DNA of 64,000 bases from Gaiellales bacterium (GTDB lineage Bacteria; Actinomycetota; Thermoleophilia; Gaiellales; JAICJC01), in contig JBJMJD010000014.1 in the NCBI GenBank assembly GCA_045806525.1, positions 9,538-73,537 of the forward strand. Direction: 5' to 3'. The notes below the pieces were generated by a model. It did no database searches. It was given only the letters and a program-made list of their open reading frames with translations, and was not told the origin of the DNA. The translations under genes were made by a program, and so were the position numbers. Of this stretch, positions 47,618-56,352 are shown one piece after another. The first letter of the stretch is position 1. Every line of letters starts with the position of its first letter.

Positions 47618-49123
47618 ATGAAGATCTCCACCTCCACGGCAGCGCCGGCGACGGCCAACGTCGACATGCTGGCCGTTGCCGTCGCCAAGCCGGTCGCGCT
47701 GGAGGGTGCCGTCGCGGAGCTCGATCGCGCGCTTGGCGGCACCATCGGGCGGCTGGTGAAAGCCGGCGAGATCCGCGGCGCGGCCGGACAGGTGACCGTG
47801 CTGCACACCGAGGGACAGGGCGTGCGCGCGCGCCGGGTGGCCGTGGTCGGCCTCGGCAAGCGGCCGACGGCCGACTCCGAGTCGGTGCGAAACGCCGCCG
47901 GCGCTGCCGCCCGCAGCCTGGCCGGCGTGCGCGGCCGCACGCTTGCGTTCGTGCTGGACGGACTGCCAGTGGACGCCGACGTGGCGGCCCGTTGCGTCGT
48001 CGACGGCGCCGTCATCGGCAGCTACCGGTTCGACCGCTTCAAGACGTCGAAGACGGCCGACCGGCCGAAGCCGCCCACCGGGCTGGTGCTGCTGTCGCAG
48101 GAGCGCGCCGCGGGCGCGGCAGGCCGCCGTGCCGCGGTGGCGGCAGAAGCCGTCAACCGCGCCCGCGACCTGCAGCACATGCCCCCCAACCTGCTCGGCC
48201 CGGAGCAGTTGGCGGAGCGTGCCCGTGCCATCGCAGCCGCTCACCCGACCATGCGGGTCGAGGTCTGGGACGAGAAGAAGATCGCGGCCCGAGGGATGGG
48301 AGCGTTCGCCGCCGTCGCCCAGGCCTCCAGCCGCCCGGCCCGGCTGATCGTGCTCCGCCACACCCCGCGCAGCACCGCCCGGACCGCCCGCGACGTGGTG
48401 CTCGGCATGGTCGGCAAGGGGCTCACGTTCGACAGCGGCGGCTACTCGCTGAAGCCTGCCACCGCGATGACCGGGATGAAGTTCGACATGTCGGGCGCCG
48501 CGGCGGTGCTGGAGGCGTCGGACGCGATCGCCCAGCTGCAGCTCCCGCTGAAGTTCATCTCGGTGGTGGGCTCCACCGAGAACATGATCGACACCAACGC
48601 CATGCGGGTCGACGACGTTGTCACGGCCGCCAACGGAAAGACGATCGAGATCACCAACACCGATGCCGAGGGGCGGCTGGTGCTGGCCGACTGCCTGCAC
48701 CATGCACGCTCCCTGGGCGCGACGCACGTGGTCGACCTGGCCACGCTCACGGGCGGTGTCGTCGTCGCGCTGGGCGACTACCACGCCGGCCTGATGGGCC
48801 GCGACCAGGAGTGGGTCGACCGCATCATGAACGCGGGCGAGCGGGCCGGCGAGCACACCTGGCAGCTGCCGCTGCACGAGACCTACAAGCGCCTGTTCCG
48901 CTCCGACATCGCCGACATGGCGAACTCGTCGACGATGCGGATGGCGCAGGCGCCCTACGCCGGTCAGTTTCTTCAGGAGTTCGCCGGCGACGGACCCTGG
49001 GCGCACCTGGACATCGCCGGCACGGCCGACCTCGCGCGCTCGCGCGGCGACTACGTCGGCAAGGGCGGCAGCGGGTTCGGCGTGCGGCTGCTCGTCGAAC
49101 TGGCCGAGGCGCTCTGCGGATGA
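47618..49123 (+). CDS. pepA: Leucyl aminopeptidase (M17)
   Basis: VGKGLTFDSGG, MKFDMSG, NTDAEGRL, WAHLDIAG; RBS GAGGA before ATG 47618. Confidence 0.95.
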   Translation: MKISTSTAAPATANVDMLAVAVAKPVALEGAVAELDRALGGTIGRLVKAGEIRGAAGQVTVLHTEGQGVRARRVAVVGLGKRPTADSESVRNAAGAAARSLAGVRGRTLAFVLDGLPVDADVAARCVVDGAVIGSYRFDRFKTSKTADRPKPPTGLVLLSQERAAGAAGRRAAVAAEAVNRARDLQHMPPNLLGPEQLAERARAIAAAHPTMRVEVWDEKKIAARGMGAFAAVAQASSRPARLIVLRHTPRSTARTARDVVLGMVGKGLTFDSGGYSLKPATAMTGMKFDMSGAAAVLEASDAIAQLQLPLKFISVVGSTENMIDTNAMRVDDVVTAANGKTIEITNTDAEGRLVLADCLHHARSLGATHVVDLATLTGGVVVALGDYHAGLMGRDQEWVDRIMNAGERAGEHTWQLPLHETYKRLFRSDIADMANSSTMRMAQAPYAGQFLQEFAGDGPWAHLDIAGTADLARSRGDYVGKGGSGFGVRLLVELAEALCG

Positions 49124-50259
49124 CGCTGGGCTATGACCTGTCCGACGAGCACGCGCAGCTCCGAGAGACGGTGCGCGCCTTCGCCGAGGGCCGGCTGGCG
49201 CCGGTCGCAGAAGAGCTCGACCGCGAGGGCCGGTTTCCGGCCGAGCTGGTGGAGGCGGCGGCGGAGCTGGGGCTGCTCGGCATCCCGCTGCCGGAGGCCG
49301 CGGGCGGATCCGGCTTCGACACGGTCGCCTACGCGATCGCGATCGAGGAGCTGGCGCGCGTCGACAGCTCCTTCGCGATCACGGTGGCCGCGCACACCTC
49401 GCTAGGCACGATGCCGATCCACCTGTTCGGCAGCGAGCAGCAGAAGCAGCGCTGGCTCGAAGACCTGGCCTCCGGCCGCGGTCTGGGCGCGTTCGGGCTG
49501 ACCGAGGCGGGCGCCGGTTCGGACGCCGGCGCCACGCGCACCACCGCGCGGCTCGACGGCGGCGAGTGGGTGATCGACGGTTCGAAGATGTTCATCACCA
49601 ATGCCGGCACGGCGTTGTCGAAGCTGGTGACGATCACCGCGCGCACGGGGCCCGACGAGGTATCGAACATCGTGGTTGAGAACGGCACGGCCGGCTACGA
49701 CCAGTCGCCACCGCTGAAGAAGATGGGCTGGCGCTCGTCGGACACGCGGGAGCTTACGTTCACGGGCTGCCGGGTGCCGGAGCAGAACCTGCTGGGGCCG
49801 CGCGGCGACGGCTTCCGGCAGTTCCTCGAGATCCTGGACGGCGGCCGCATCAGCGTGGCGGCGCTGGGGCTGGGCATGGCCCAGGGCGCCTTCGAGCTGG
49901 GGCTCGGCTACGCCCGTCAGCGCGAGCAGTTCGGGCGCCCGATCGGGTCGTTCCAGGCGATCCAGTTCAAGCTGGCCGACATGGCCACCGAGGTCGAGGC
50001 GGCCCGCAACCTGGTCTACAAGTCGGCCTGGCTGAAGGATCAGGGCAGGCCGTTCGCGCAGCAGGCCGCGATCGCCAAGCTGTACACCGGCGAGCTGGCC
50101 CGCCGCGCCTGCAACGAGTCGCTCCAGATCCACGGCGGCTACGGGTTCATGGACGAGTACCCGATCAGCCGCTTCTACCGCGACGCGAAGGTGCTCGAGA
50201 TCGGTGAGGGCACGAACGAGGTGCAACGACTGGTGATCGCCCGCGGCCTGGGTCTGTGA
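49120..50259 (+). CDS. Acyl-CoA dehydrogenase (short/branched-chain type)
   Basis: FGLTEAGAGSD, GSKMFITN, REQFG, IHGGYG, IGEGTNE; ATGA overlap with pepA. Confidence 0.93.
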   Translation: MTLGYDLSDEHAQLRETVRAFAEGRLAPVAEELDREGRFPAELVEAAAELGLLGIPLPEAAGGSGFDTVAYAIAIEELARVDSSFAITVAAHTSLGTMPIHLFGSEQQKQRWLEDLASGRGLGAFGLTEAGAGSDAGATRTTARLDGGEWVIDGSKMFITNAGTALSKLVTITARTGPDEVSNIVVENGTAGYDQSPPLKKMGWRSSDTRELTFTGCRVPEQNLLGPRGDGFRQFLEILDGGRISVAALGLGMAQGAFELGLGYARQREQFGRPIGSFQAIQFKLADMATEVEAARNLVYKSAWLKDQGRPFAQQAAIAKLYTGELARRACNESLQIHGGYGFMDEYPISRFYRDAKVLEIGEGTNEVQRLVIARGLGL

Positions 50260-50789
50260 GCGTCCAGCAGTCGCTGATCGTCGGCGGCGTCGTGCTGGCG
50301 GTGGCGGTGGTGCTGGGCACGATCGTGGCGCGGCTGGTGCCGACCGGGTTCTGGCGTCGCAACGCCGAGGACCTCGGCATCATCCTGGGCTGCGCCTCCG
50401 CTCCGCTGGCGCTGCTGGCACGGTTCACGCACCACCGGTCGTGGCCGTACGCGGCGGTGATCGCGATCGCCTACGGCGGCTTCTACCTGATCCGGATGCG
50501 CCAGCTGCGAAACGCGGACCGCGATGGAGTGCGGCGGCTGCTGGGCCTCCACAAGGACGCCAGCTACGGCGAGGTGCTGCAGCAGGTCGAGCGGATCGAG
50601 CCGCGCCCGGTCACGACGACCGGGCAGGTGGTGCTGGTCGTGGCGGCCGTCGCCACGCTGGCGCTGGGCGTCATCATCGATCAGTTCACGGCGGCGCTTG
50701 CCGGCGTGGCGCTGGGGGTCGCGGAGGGCACCGTGCGCTCGACCTACCGGCGGTCGCTGAGCGCCAAGGTGCGCCGGATCGGCCACTGA
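50256..50789 (+). CDS. Hypothetical membrane protein
   Basis: Several hydrophobic segments; GTGA overlap with the upstream acyl-CoA dehydrogenase. Confidence 0.65.
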   Translation: MSVQQSLIVGGVVLAVAVVLGTIVARLVPTGFWRRNAEDLGIILGCASAPLALLARFTHHRSWPYAAVIAIAYGGFYLIRMRQLRNADRDGVRRLLGLHKDASYGEVLQQVERIEPRPVTTTGQVVLVVAAVATLALGVIIDQFTAALAGVALGVAEGTVRSTYRRSLSAKVRRIGH

Positions 50790-50791
50790 CC

Positions 50792-51994
50792 TCAGCGCAT
50801 GCGGGTGACGGGATACCCGTTGCTGCGCACGAGCGCCACGATCTGCTCGGCATGGCCCTCGTCCCGGGTCTCCAGAATCAGCTCGATGCCTGTCTCGGCA
50901 ACGGCCACCTCGACGCTCTCACGGTGGTGGCTTACGACCAGGATGTTGACGTGGGCGTCGGCGATCAGCTTCAGCAGCTCCATCAGCTGGCCGGGCCGGT
51001 CGATCAGGCGGGTGCGGATCACGAGGTAGCGGCCCTGGTTGGTGAGGCCGAAGCGGATCACCTGCATCAGCAGCGGCGTGTCGATGTTGCCTCCCGACAG
51101 GACGGCGACCACCTTGCGACCGCTCACGCGGCCGGCCAGGATCGCCGCCAGCCCGACCGCGCCGGCACCCTCGACCACGGTCTTGGAGCGCTCCAGCAGG
51201 TGCACCATCGTCTGGCCGATCTCGGCATCGGTGACCGTCACGACGTCGTCGACCAGCTCGCGCACGAGCGGGAAGGTGACCTCGCCAGGGCGCTTGACGG
51301 CGATGCCGTCGGCGATAGTCGTGGTCTGATGCACAGGCTCGATCTCACCCTTCTCGAGCGAGCTGACGTAGGGTGCGCACCCGGCCGCCTCGACGCCGAT
51401 CACGCGCACCTGTGGATGCAGGGCCTTGACGGCACTGGCAACGCCGGACAGCAGGCCCCCGCCGCCCAGCGGCACCACCACCGTGTCGACGTCGGGCACA
51501 TCCTCGATGATCTCCAGGCCGACGGTGCCCTGCCCGGCGATCACGGCCTCGTCGTCGAACGGATGCACCAGCGTCATGCCGCTCTCGGCGGCCTCCGCGC
51601 GGGCCGCCGCGAGCGCGTCATCGACGCTGTCCCCCACCAGCTCCACGCGTGCGCCGTAGCCCTCCGTGGCGCCCACCTTCGCCAGCGACGCGGCCCCCGG
51701 CATGAAGACGGTGGCGCCCACCCCGGCCGATCGGGCCGCGAACGCGACCGCCTGGGCATGGTTCCCGGCCGACGGCGCGATCACCCCGGCGGCGCGCTGC
51801 GACTCGGACAGCGAGCGCAGCTTGGTGTAGGCGCCGCGGATCTTGAACGATCCGGTGCGCTGCTGGTTCTCGTGCTTGAGGAACACCTCACATCCGGCCC
51901 ACTGGGAGAAGGTCTGCGACCGGTACACCGGCGTGTGGTGGGCGACGCCGCGCAGGTTCTCGGCGGCCTCGCGGATGTCGTCCAGGGGGATCAT
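50792..51994 (-). CDS. ilvA: Threonine ammonia-lyase with C-terminal ACT domain
   Basis: KHENQQRTGSFKIRGA, SAGNHAQ, GGGGL, SGGNID, DRPGQL; start at ATG 51994. Confidence 0.9.
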   Translation of the reverse strand: MIPLDDIREAAENLRGVAHHTPVYRSQTFSQWAGCEVFLKHENQQRTGSFKIRGAYTKLRSLSESQRAAGVIAPSAGNHAQAVAFAARSAGVGATVFMPGAASLAKVGATEGYGARVELVGDSVDDALAAARAEAAESGMTLVHPFDDEAVIAGQGTVGLEIIEDVPDVDTVVVPLGGGGLLSGVASAVKALHPQVRVIGVEAAGCAPYVSSLEKGEIEPVHQTTTIADGIAVKRPGEVTFPLVRELVDDVVTVTDAEIGQTMVHLLERSKTVVEGAGAVGLAAILAGRVSGRKVVAVLSGGNIDTPLLMQVIRFGLTNQGRYLVIRTRLIDRPGQLMELLKLIADAHVNILVVSHHRESVEVAVAETGIELILETRDEGHAEQIVALVRSNGYPVTRMR

Positions 51995-52054
51995 GAGAAC
52001 CGCGAAGGCTATCGGGTCGCGCAGCGCGGCGCGCTCAGCAAGTAAGCTCGCACC

Positions 52055-52564
52055 GTGGCCGGCGACCCCGCACAGCCCCCGCTCTACGCCCTCGTCGAGA
52101 TCCCCAAGGGCAGCCGCAACAAGTACGAGTACGACCCCGCGCTGGGCCGCATGGTGCTCGACCGTACGCTCTGGACGAGCGTTGTCTACCCAGCCGACTA
52201 CGGGTACCTGATGGATACGCTTGGGCGCGACGGCGACCCGGTGGACGCGGTGGTGCTGGTGGCGTCGCCGACGTTCCCGGGGTGCGTGATCCCGGTGGAG
52301 CCGATCGGCGTCTTCGAGATGACCGACGAGAAGGGCGAGGACGACAAGGTGCTGTGCGTGCCGTTCAAGGACCCGACCTGGAGCCACATGCACGACATCA
52401 CCGACATCCGCGACTCGCTGCTGGACGAGATCGCACACTTCTTCGACGTCTACAAGGACCTCGAGCACGGCGCCGACACGGTGGTCGGCGGCTGGCACGG
52501 TCGCAGCTACGCGGACGAGATCATCGCGGAGGGACGCGCGGCGTTCGCAGCCGCTCCTCGCTAG
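52055..52564 (+). CDS. ppa: Inorganic pyrophosphatase (family I)
   Basis: EIPKGSRNKYEYD, YPADYG, DGDPVD, DDKVL, FFDVYKDLE. Confidence 0.96.
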   Translation: MAGDPAQPPLYALVEIPKGSRNKYEYDPALGRMVLDRTLWTSVVYPADYGYLMDTLGRDGDPVDAVVLVASPTFPGCVIPVEPIGVFEMTDEKGEDDKVLCVPFKDPTWSHMHDITDIRDSLLDEIAHFFDVYKDLEHGADTVVGGWHGRSYADEIIAEGRAAFAAAPR

Positions 52565-53532
52565 CCGCCCAGCTTCAGCACCCGCGCCGCGATCTCCCTG
52601 GTGGCCGTGAGCGGATCCAGCTCGCGGGCGTGGACGCGGTCGAGCAACCGGCGCACCTCGGCGTCGCCTTCGACCGCCTGGCTGAGGCGCCGGCGCGCCT
52701 GTGCCACGGCCACCGCCACCACCTCGTGCTCGATGCTGCGGCGGCGGCGCTGCTCGAGCCCGCCGTCGCGCTCCAGGAACGCCCGGTGCTCGAGCACCGC
52801 TTCCCAAAGCTCGGCGACGCCCTCGCCGCGGATCGCCTCGGTCTCGACGATCGGCGGCTTCCACGGCCGGTCGCGGTCGAGCGAGAGAATCGAGCGGATC
52901 TCGCTGCGCATGGTGCGCGCGGCAGGGTGGTCGGCCTTGTTGATGACGATCACGTCGGGGATCTCCATCACGCCGGCTTTGAGCGCCTGCACGGAGTCGC
53001 CCGAACCGGGCATCAACACCAGCACGACAGTGTCGGCGATGGTGGCGACGTCCACCTCGCTCTGGCCGACGCCGACCGTCTCCAGCAACAGCACGTCCTT
53101 GCCGGAGGCGTCCAGCACCAGCAGCGCCTGCAGCGTGGCCTCGGAGATCCCGCCCAGGTGGCCGCGGGTAGACATCGAGCGGATGAACACCCCGGCGTCG
53201 AGGAAGTGGTCACTGAGCCTGATCCGGTCGCCCAGCACGGCGCCGTGCGAGAACGGGCTGGACGGATCGACCGACACCATGCCGACGGTCTTCTGGTCGC
53301 TGCGAAGCAGCGTCACCAGCGATGACAACAGGCTCGACTTGCCGACGCCGGGCGGCCCGGTGAAACCCGCCACCAGCGCGCTGCCTGTGTGCGGGTAGAT
53401 CTCGCGCACGAGCTCGTAGGCCAGCTCGTCGCGGTTCTCGACGAGCGTGATGGCGCGGGCCACAGCCCGCTTCTCACCGGCCAGCACGCCGGCCTGGAGC
53501 GCCGGTAGGTCGAAGTCGCGGCGGCCGCTCAT
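52561..53532 (-). CDS. meaB: MeaB/ArgK mutase-associated GTPase
   Basis: GPPGVGKS, VDPSSPF..GAVLGDRIR, ETVGVGQSE, NKAD. Confidence 0.94.
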   Translation of the reverse strand: MSGRRDFDLPALQAGVLAGEKRAVARAITLVENRDELAYELVREIYPHTGSALVAGFTGPPGVGKSSLLSSLVTLLRSDQKTVGMVSVDPSSPFSHGAVLGDRIRLSDHFLDAGVFIRSMSTRGHLGGISEATLQALLVLDASGKDVLLLETVGVGQSEVDVATIADTVVLVLMPGSGDSVQALKAGVMEIPDVIVINKADHPAARTMRSEIRSILSLDRDRPWKPPIVETEAIRGEGVAELWEAVLEHRAFLERDGGLEQRRRRSIEHEVVAVAVAQARRRLSQAVEGDAEVRRLLDRVHARELDPLTATREIAARVLKLGG

Positions 53533-54611
53533 GCCGGCTGCAGCGACCTGTCGAGAGCCGTCAGGAAGGCGTCGTTCTCATCCGGTAGGCCGACGGTGAC
53601 GCGCACGCAGGAGGGTGCGCCGAACGCGGCCAGGGGGCGCACGATCACGCCCTCGCGCTCGAGACGGTCGGCCAGAGCGGCCCCGTCCCCGACCTCTGCG
53701 CAGACGAAGTTGGCGGCGGCCGGATAGAGCCTTACTCCGCGGGCGCCCAGCTCGTGCTCCAGCCGCCGCCGCTCGACCTCGTTCTCGCCACGGCGGCGCT
53801 CCAGCTCCGTCTCGTCGTCCAGGCTGGCGACAGCCGCGACCTGCGCCAGCTCGGAGACGTCGAAGGGGCCGCGAACCTTGCCCAGCTCGGCAACGACCGG
53901 CGCAGGTGCGACGCCGTAGCCGATGCGCAGCCCGGCCAGGCCGTAGATCTTGGAGAAGGTGCGCAGCACGACCACGTTGGGCCGGCTGGCATGGGCGGCG
54001 ATCGCGTCGACGTGGGCGGGGTCGGTGACGTACTCGTGGTAGGCGGAGTCGATCACGACCAGCACCCGGTCCGGCACGGCGTCGAGGAACGCGGCCAGGG
54101 CGTCGCCCGAGACGATGCCACCGGTGGGATTGTTGGGGCTGCAGACGTAGGCGATGCGGGTGGCGGCCGTGACGGCCGCGACCATCGCCTCGAGGTCGTA
54201 GCTGCCGTCGCGCAGCGGCACCGTGACCGGCGTTGCGCCCATCTTGACGGCGCTCAGGCGATAGCTGACGAACGACGGCCAGCCCATCAGCACCTCGTCG
54301 CCGGGGCGCAGGTAGGCCAGCGCCAGGTTCGCGATCACGGCATCGGCGCCGTTGCCGGCGGCCACGCGGTCAGGTGTCAGGCCGTGGCGAGCGGCCAGGC
54401 GCTCGAGCAGCTCGGCGCCGGCTTCCGGGTAGCGGTTGAGGCCCGGGATCGCGGCCGCGAGGGCCTCGGCTGTGGCCGGGAACGGCCCGCGTGGGCCCTC
54501 GTTGGATCCCAGCTTGACGATGCGCTCGAGGCCGTGCTCTCGCCGCAGCGCCGACGCCGGTTTGCCTGGCTGATACGGCCTCAGGTCTGCGATCTCGGGG
54601 CGTGCCTGCAC
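53529..54611 (-). CDS. hisC: Histidinol-phosphate/aromatic aminotransferase
   Basis: PYQPGK, KLGSNE, CSPNNPTG, RTFSKIYGLAGLRIGY; start at GTG 54611. Confidence 0.8.
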   Translation of the reverse strand: MQARPEIADLRPYQPGKPASALRREHGLERIVKLGSNEGPRGPFPATAEALAAAIPGLNRYPEAGAELLERLAARHGLTPDRVAAGNGADAVIANLALAYLRPGDEVLMGWPSFVSYRLSAVKMGATPVTVPLRDGSYDLEAMVAAVTAATRIAYVCSPNNPTGGIVSGDALAAFLDAVPDRVLVVIDSAYHEYVTDPAHVDAIAAHASRPNVVVLRTFSKIYGLAGLRIGYGVAPAPVVAELGKVRGPFDVSELAQVAAVASLDDETELERRRGENEVERRRLEHELGARGVRLYPAAANFVCAEVGDGAALADRLEREGVIVRPLAAFGAPSCVRVTVGLPDENDAFLTALDRSLQPA

Positions 54612-54636
54612 GGGCGGGTACAGTACCAACCTGCTG

Positions 54637-55254
54637 ATGGCCACCCGCGAGATCGGCATCTTTGCGCTGCCCACCGTGCTCGTCCCGGGCGAGCGCATGC
54701 CGCTCCACGTGTTCGAGGAGCGGTACAAGCAGCTGATCGGTGAGTGCCTCGACCTGGATCGGGACTTCCTGCTGCTGTACGCGGACGAGGGCGGGACGCG
54801 CGAGCTGGGCTGCGCGGCGCACGTCGAGCAGGTGCTGGAACGGTTCGAGGACGGCAGGATGAACATCATGGTCGAGGGCACGGAGGTGCTGCGGGTGGTG
54901 GAGATGACCCGGGGCCAGACGTACACGACGGCGATGGCGGACACGGCGGATGATGATCTCAGCACGGGCGAGGAGACGGAGCCCGTGATGGAGCTGTTCC
55001 GGCAGATCGCAAGCGCGGGCGGCGGTGACCCGGAGGAGGATCTGACCGCGAGCGGCCAGCCGCTCAGCTACGCGATCATGGCACGGGTCGACTTCCCGGC
55101 CGACGAGAAGCAGCGGGTGCTGGAGCTGCGTACCGAGTCATCGCGGCTGCTGGCGATCATCGACCTGCTGGCGCGCGGGCTGCAGGCGCTGGCCCAGATC
55201 GAGCAGATCCGCGAGCGGGCGCAGACCAACGGCAAGGTCCCGCACGGCGAGTAG
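54637..55254 (+). CDS. Lon N-terminal (substrate-binding) domain protein
   Basis: FALPTVLVPGE.MPLHVFEERY, DGR..I..EG, EKQRVLE. Confidence 0.88.
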   Translation: MATREIGIFALPTVLVPGERMPLHVFEERYKQLIGECLDLDRDFLLLYADEGGTRELGCAAHVEQVLERFEDGRMNIMVEGTEVLRVVEMTRGQTYTTAMADTADDDLSTGEETEPVMELFRQIASAGGGDPEEDLTASGQPLSYAIMARVDFPADEKQRVLELRTESSRLLAIIDLLARGLQALAQIEQIRERAQTNGKVPHGE

Positions 55255-55264
55255 TAAGCGCGGG

Positions 55265-56161
55265 CTGCTGAAGCACCCGCTGGCGGCGCTCGCGGCCGCG
55301 AACTGTCTGTACGCGGGGGCGTTTCCGGCAAGCGAGGTCGCGCTGCGCACGATCGGGCCGCTGACGCTGACGGGGCTGCGGTTCGCGATCGCGGCGCTGG
55401 TGCTGTCGCCGATCGCGGTGCCGGTGATCCGGCGGCTGTCCACCGGGCAGCTGGCGCGGATCGCCGCCGTGGCCTCGATCGGCTTGTGGGGCCAGATGGT
55501 GCTGATCTATCTGGGCATCAACCAGTCCAACTCGGCCATCGCCGCGATCATCGTCGGCCTCGAGCCGGTGCTGATCGCGGTCTGGGCGGCGCTGCTCCTG
55601 AACGAGCGGTTCGCGGCGCGGACGGCCGCCGGGCTCTGCATCGGCCTGGTCGGTTCGCTGCTGGTGGCAGGGCTCGGTCGTGCTGACGGCGCCAGCCTCG
55701 CCGGGCTGCTGTTTCTTCTGGGCACGGGCGTGGCGTTCTCGTGGTACACGGTCGCGAGCAAGTCGTTCCTGGGCATGTGCACCCCGGTCGAGCTGACGGC
55801 CGTGATCAGCGTCGCCGGGGCGATCTGGGCGCTGGCGCCGATGCTGGCCGAGATCGCTCTGGGAAACGGGCTGGACGGCACCGGGCCGCGCGGCTGGCTG
55901 ATGGTGCTGTACCTCGGCATCGGTAACAGCGTGATCGCCTACTCGCTCTGGAACCGGGCGTTGCGCGGCCTGCCGGCGGCCGCGGTGGGCGCATCGCTGT
56001 ACGCCCAGCCGATCCTGGGGGCGGGGCTATCCTGGCTGCTGTTGCGAGACGCGCTGCCGGCGACGTTCGTGCCGGGGGCGGTGCTGGTGCTGGCGGGCGT
56101 CTACGTGGCCTCATCGGCCCGAACCCCGGCTCCCGAGAGCCTGCCGGAACGCCTGCCGTGA
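55265..56161 (+). CDS. EamA/DMT family transporter (start uncertain)
   Basis: EamA-like frame extends upstream of GTG 55400 (GPLTLTGLRFAIAAL); LEPV, LYLGIG.SVIAYSLWN. Confidence 0.85.
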   Translation: MLKHPLAALAAANCLYAGAFPASEVALRTIGPLTLTGLRFAIAALVLSPIAVPVIRRLSTGQLARIAAVASIGLWGQMVLIYLGINQSNSAIAAIIVGLEPVLIAVWAALLLNERFAARTAAGLCIGLVGSLLVAGLGRADGASLAGLLFLLGTGVAFSWYTVASKSFLGMCTPVELTAVISVAGAIWALAPMLAEIALGNGLDGTGPRGWLMVLYLGIGNSVIAYSLWNRALRGLPAAAVGASLYAQPILGAGLSWLLLRDALPATFVPGAVLVLAGVYVASSARTPAPESLPERLP

Positions 56162-56191
56162 GGGACGGGTGACCGCCGCCGTAACCGTCCC
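56162..56191. terminator. GC-rich hairpin immediately after the EamA stop, between convergent genes
   Basis: GGGACGG...CCGTCCC inverted repeat; no U tract. Confidence 0.35.
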
Positions 56192-56216
56192 GTGACTGCG
56201 CCGTGACCGCCCGTTG

Positions 56217-56245
56217 GCAACCCCCGCGTCTGGCACCGGTGTTGC
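56217..56245 (-). repeat. REP-like palindromic repeat, copy 3
   Basis: Reverse complement GCAACACCGGTGCCAGACGCGGGGGTTGC is 27/29 identical to the core of copy 1. Confidence 0.75.
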
Positions 56246-56352
56246 GCGCGGACGACCGTCATTTTGCTCAACCATGGGGTAAAACCGCCCAATTTGCTAC
56301 GGTCGCCGTGGTGGTTCGATGCGGAACCGGCACGGATCGTGATCGCGGTGTG

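Noticed and set aside
56300-56335. GGTTCGAT resembling a tRNA T-loop
   Set aside because: No cloverleaf or acceptor stem could be built; it is just a small GGTTC/GAACC hairpin.
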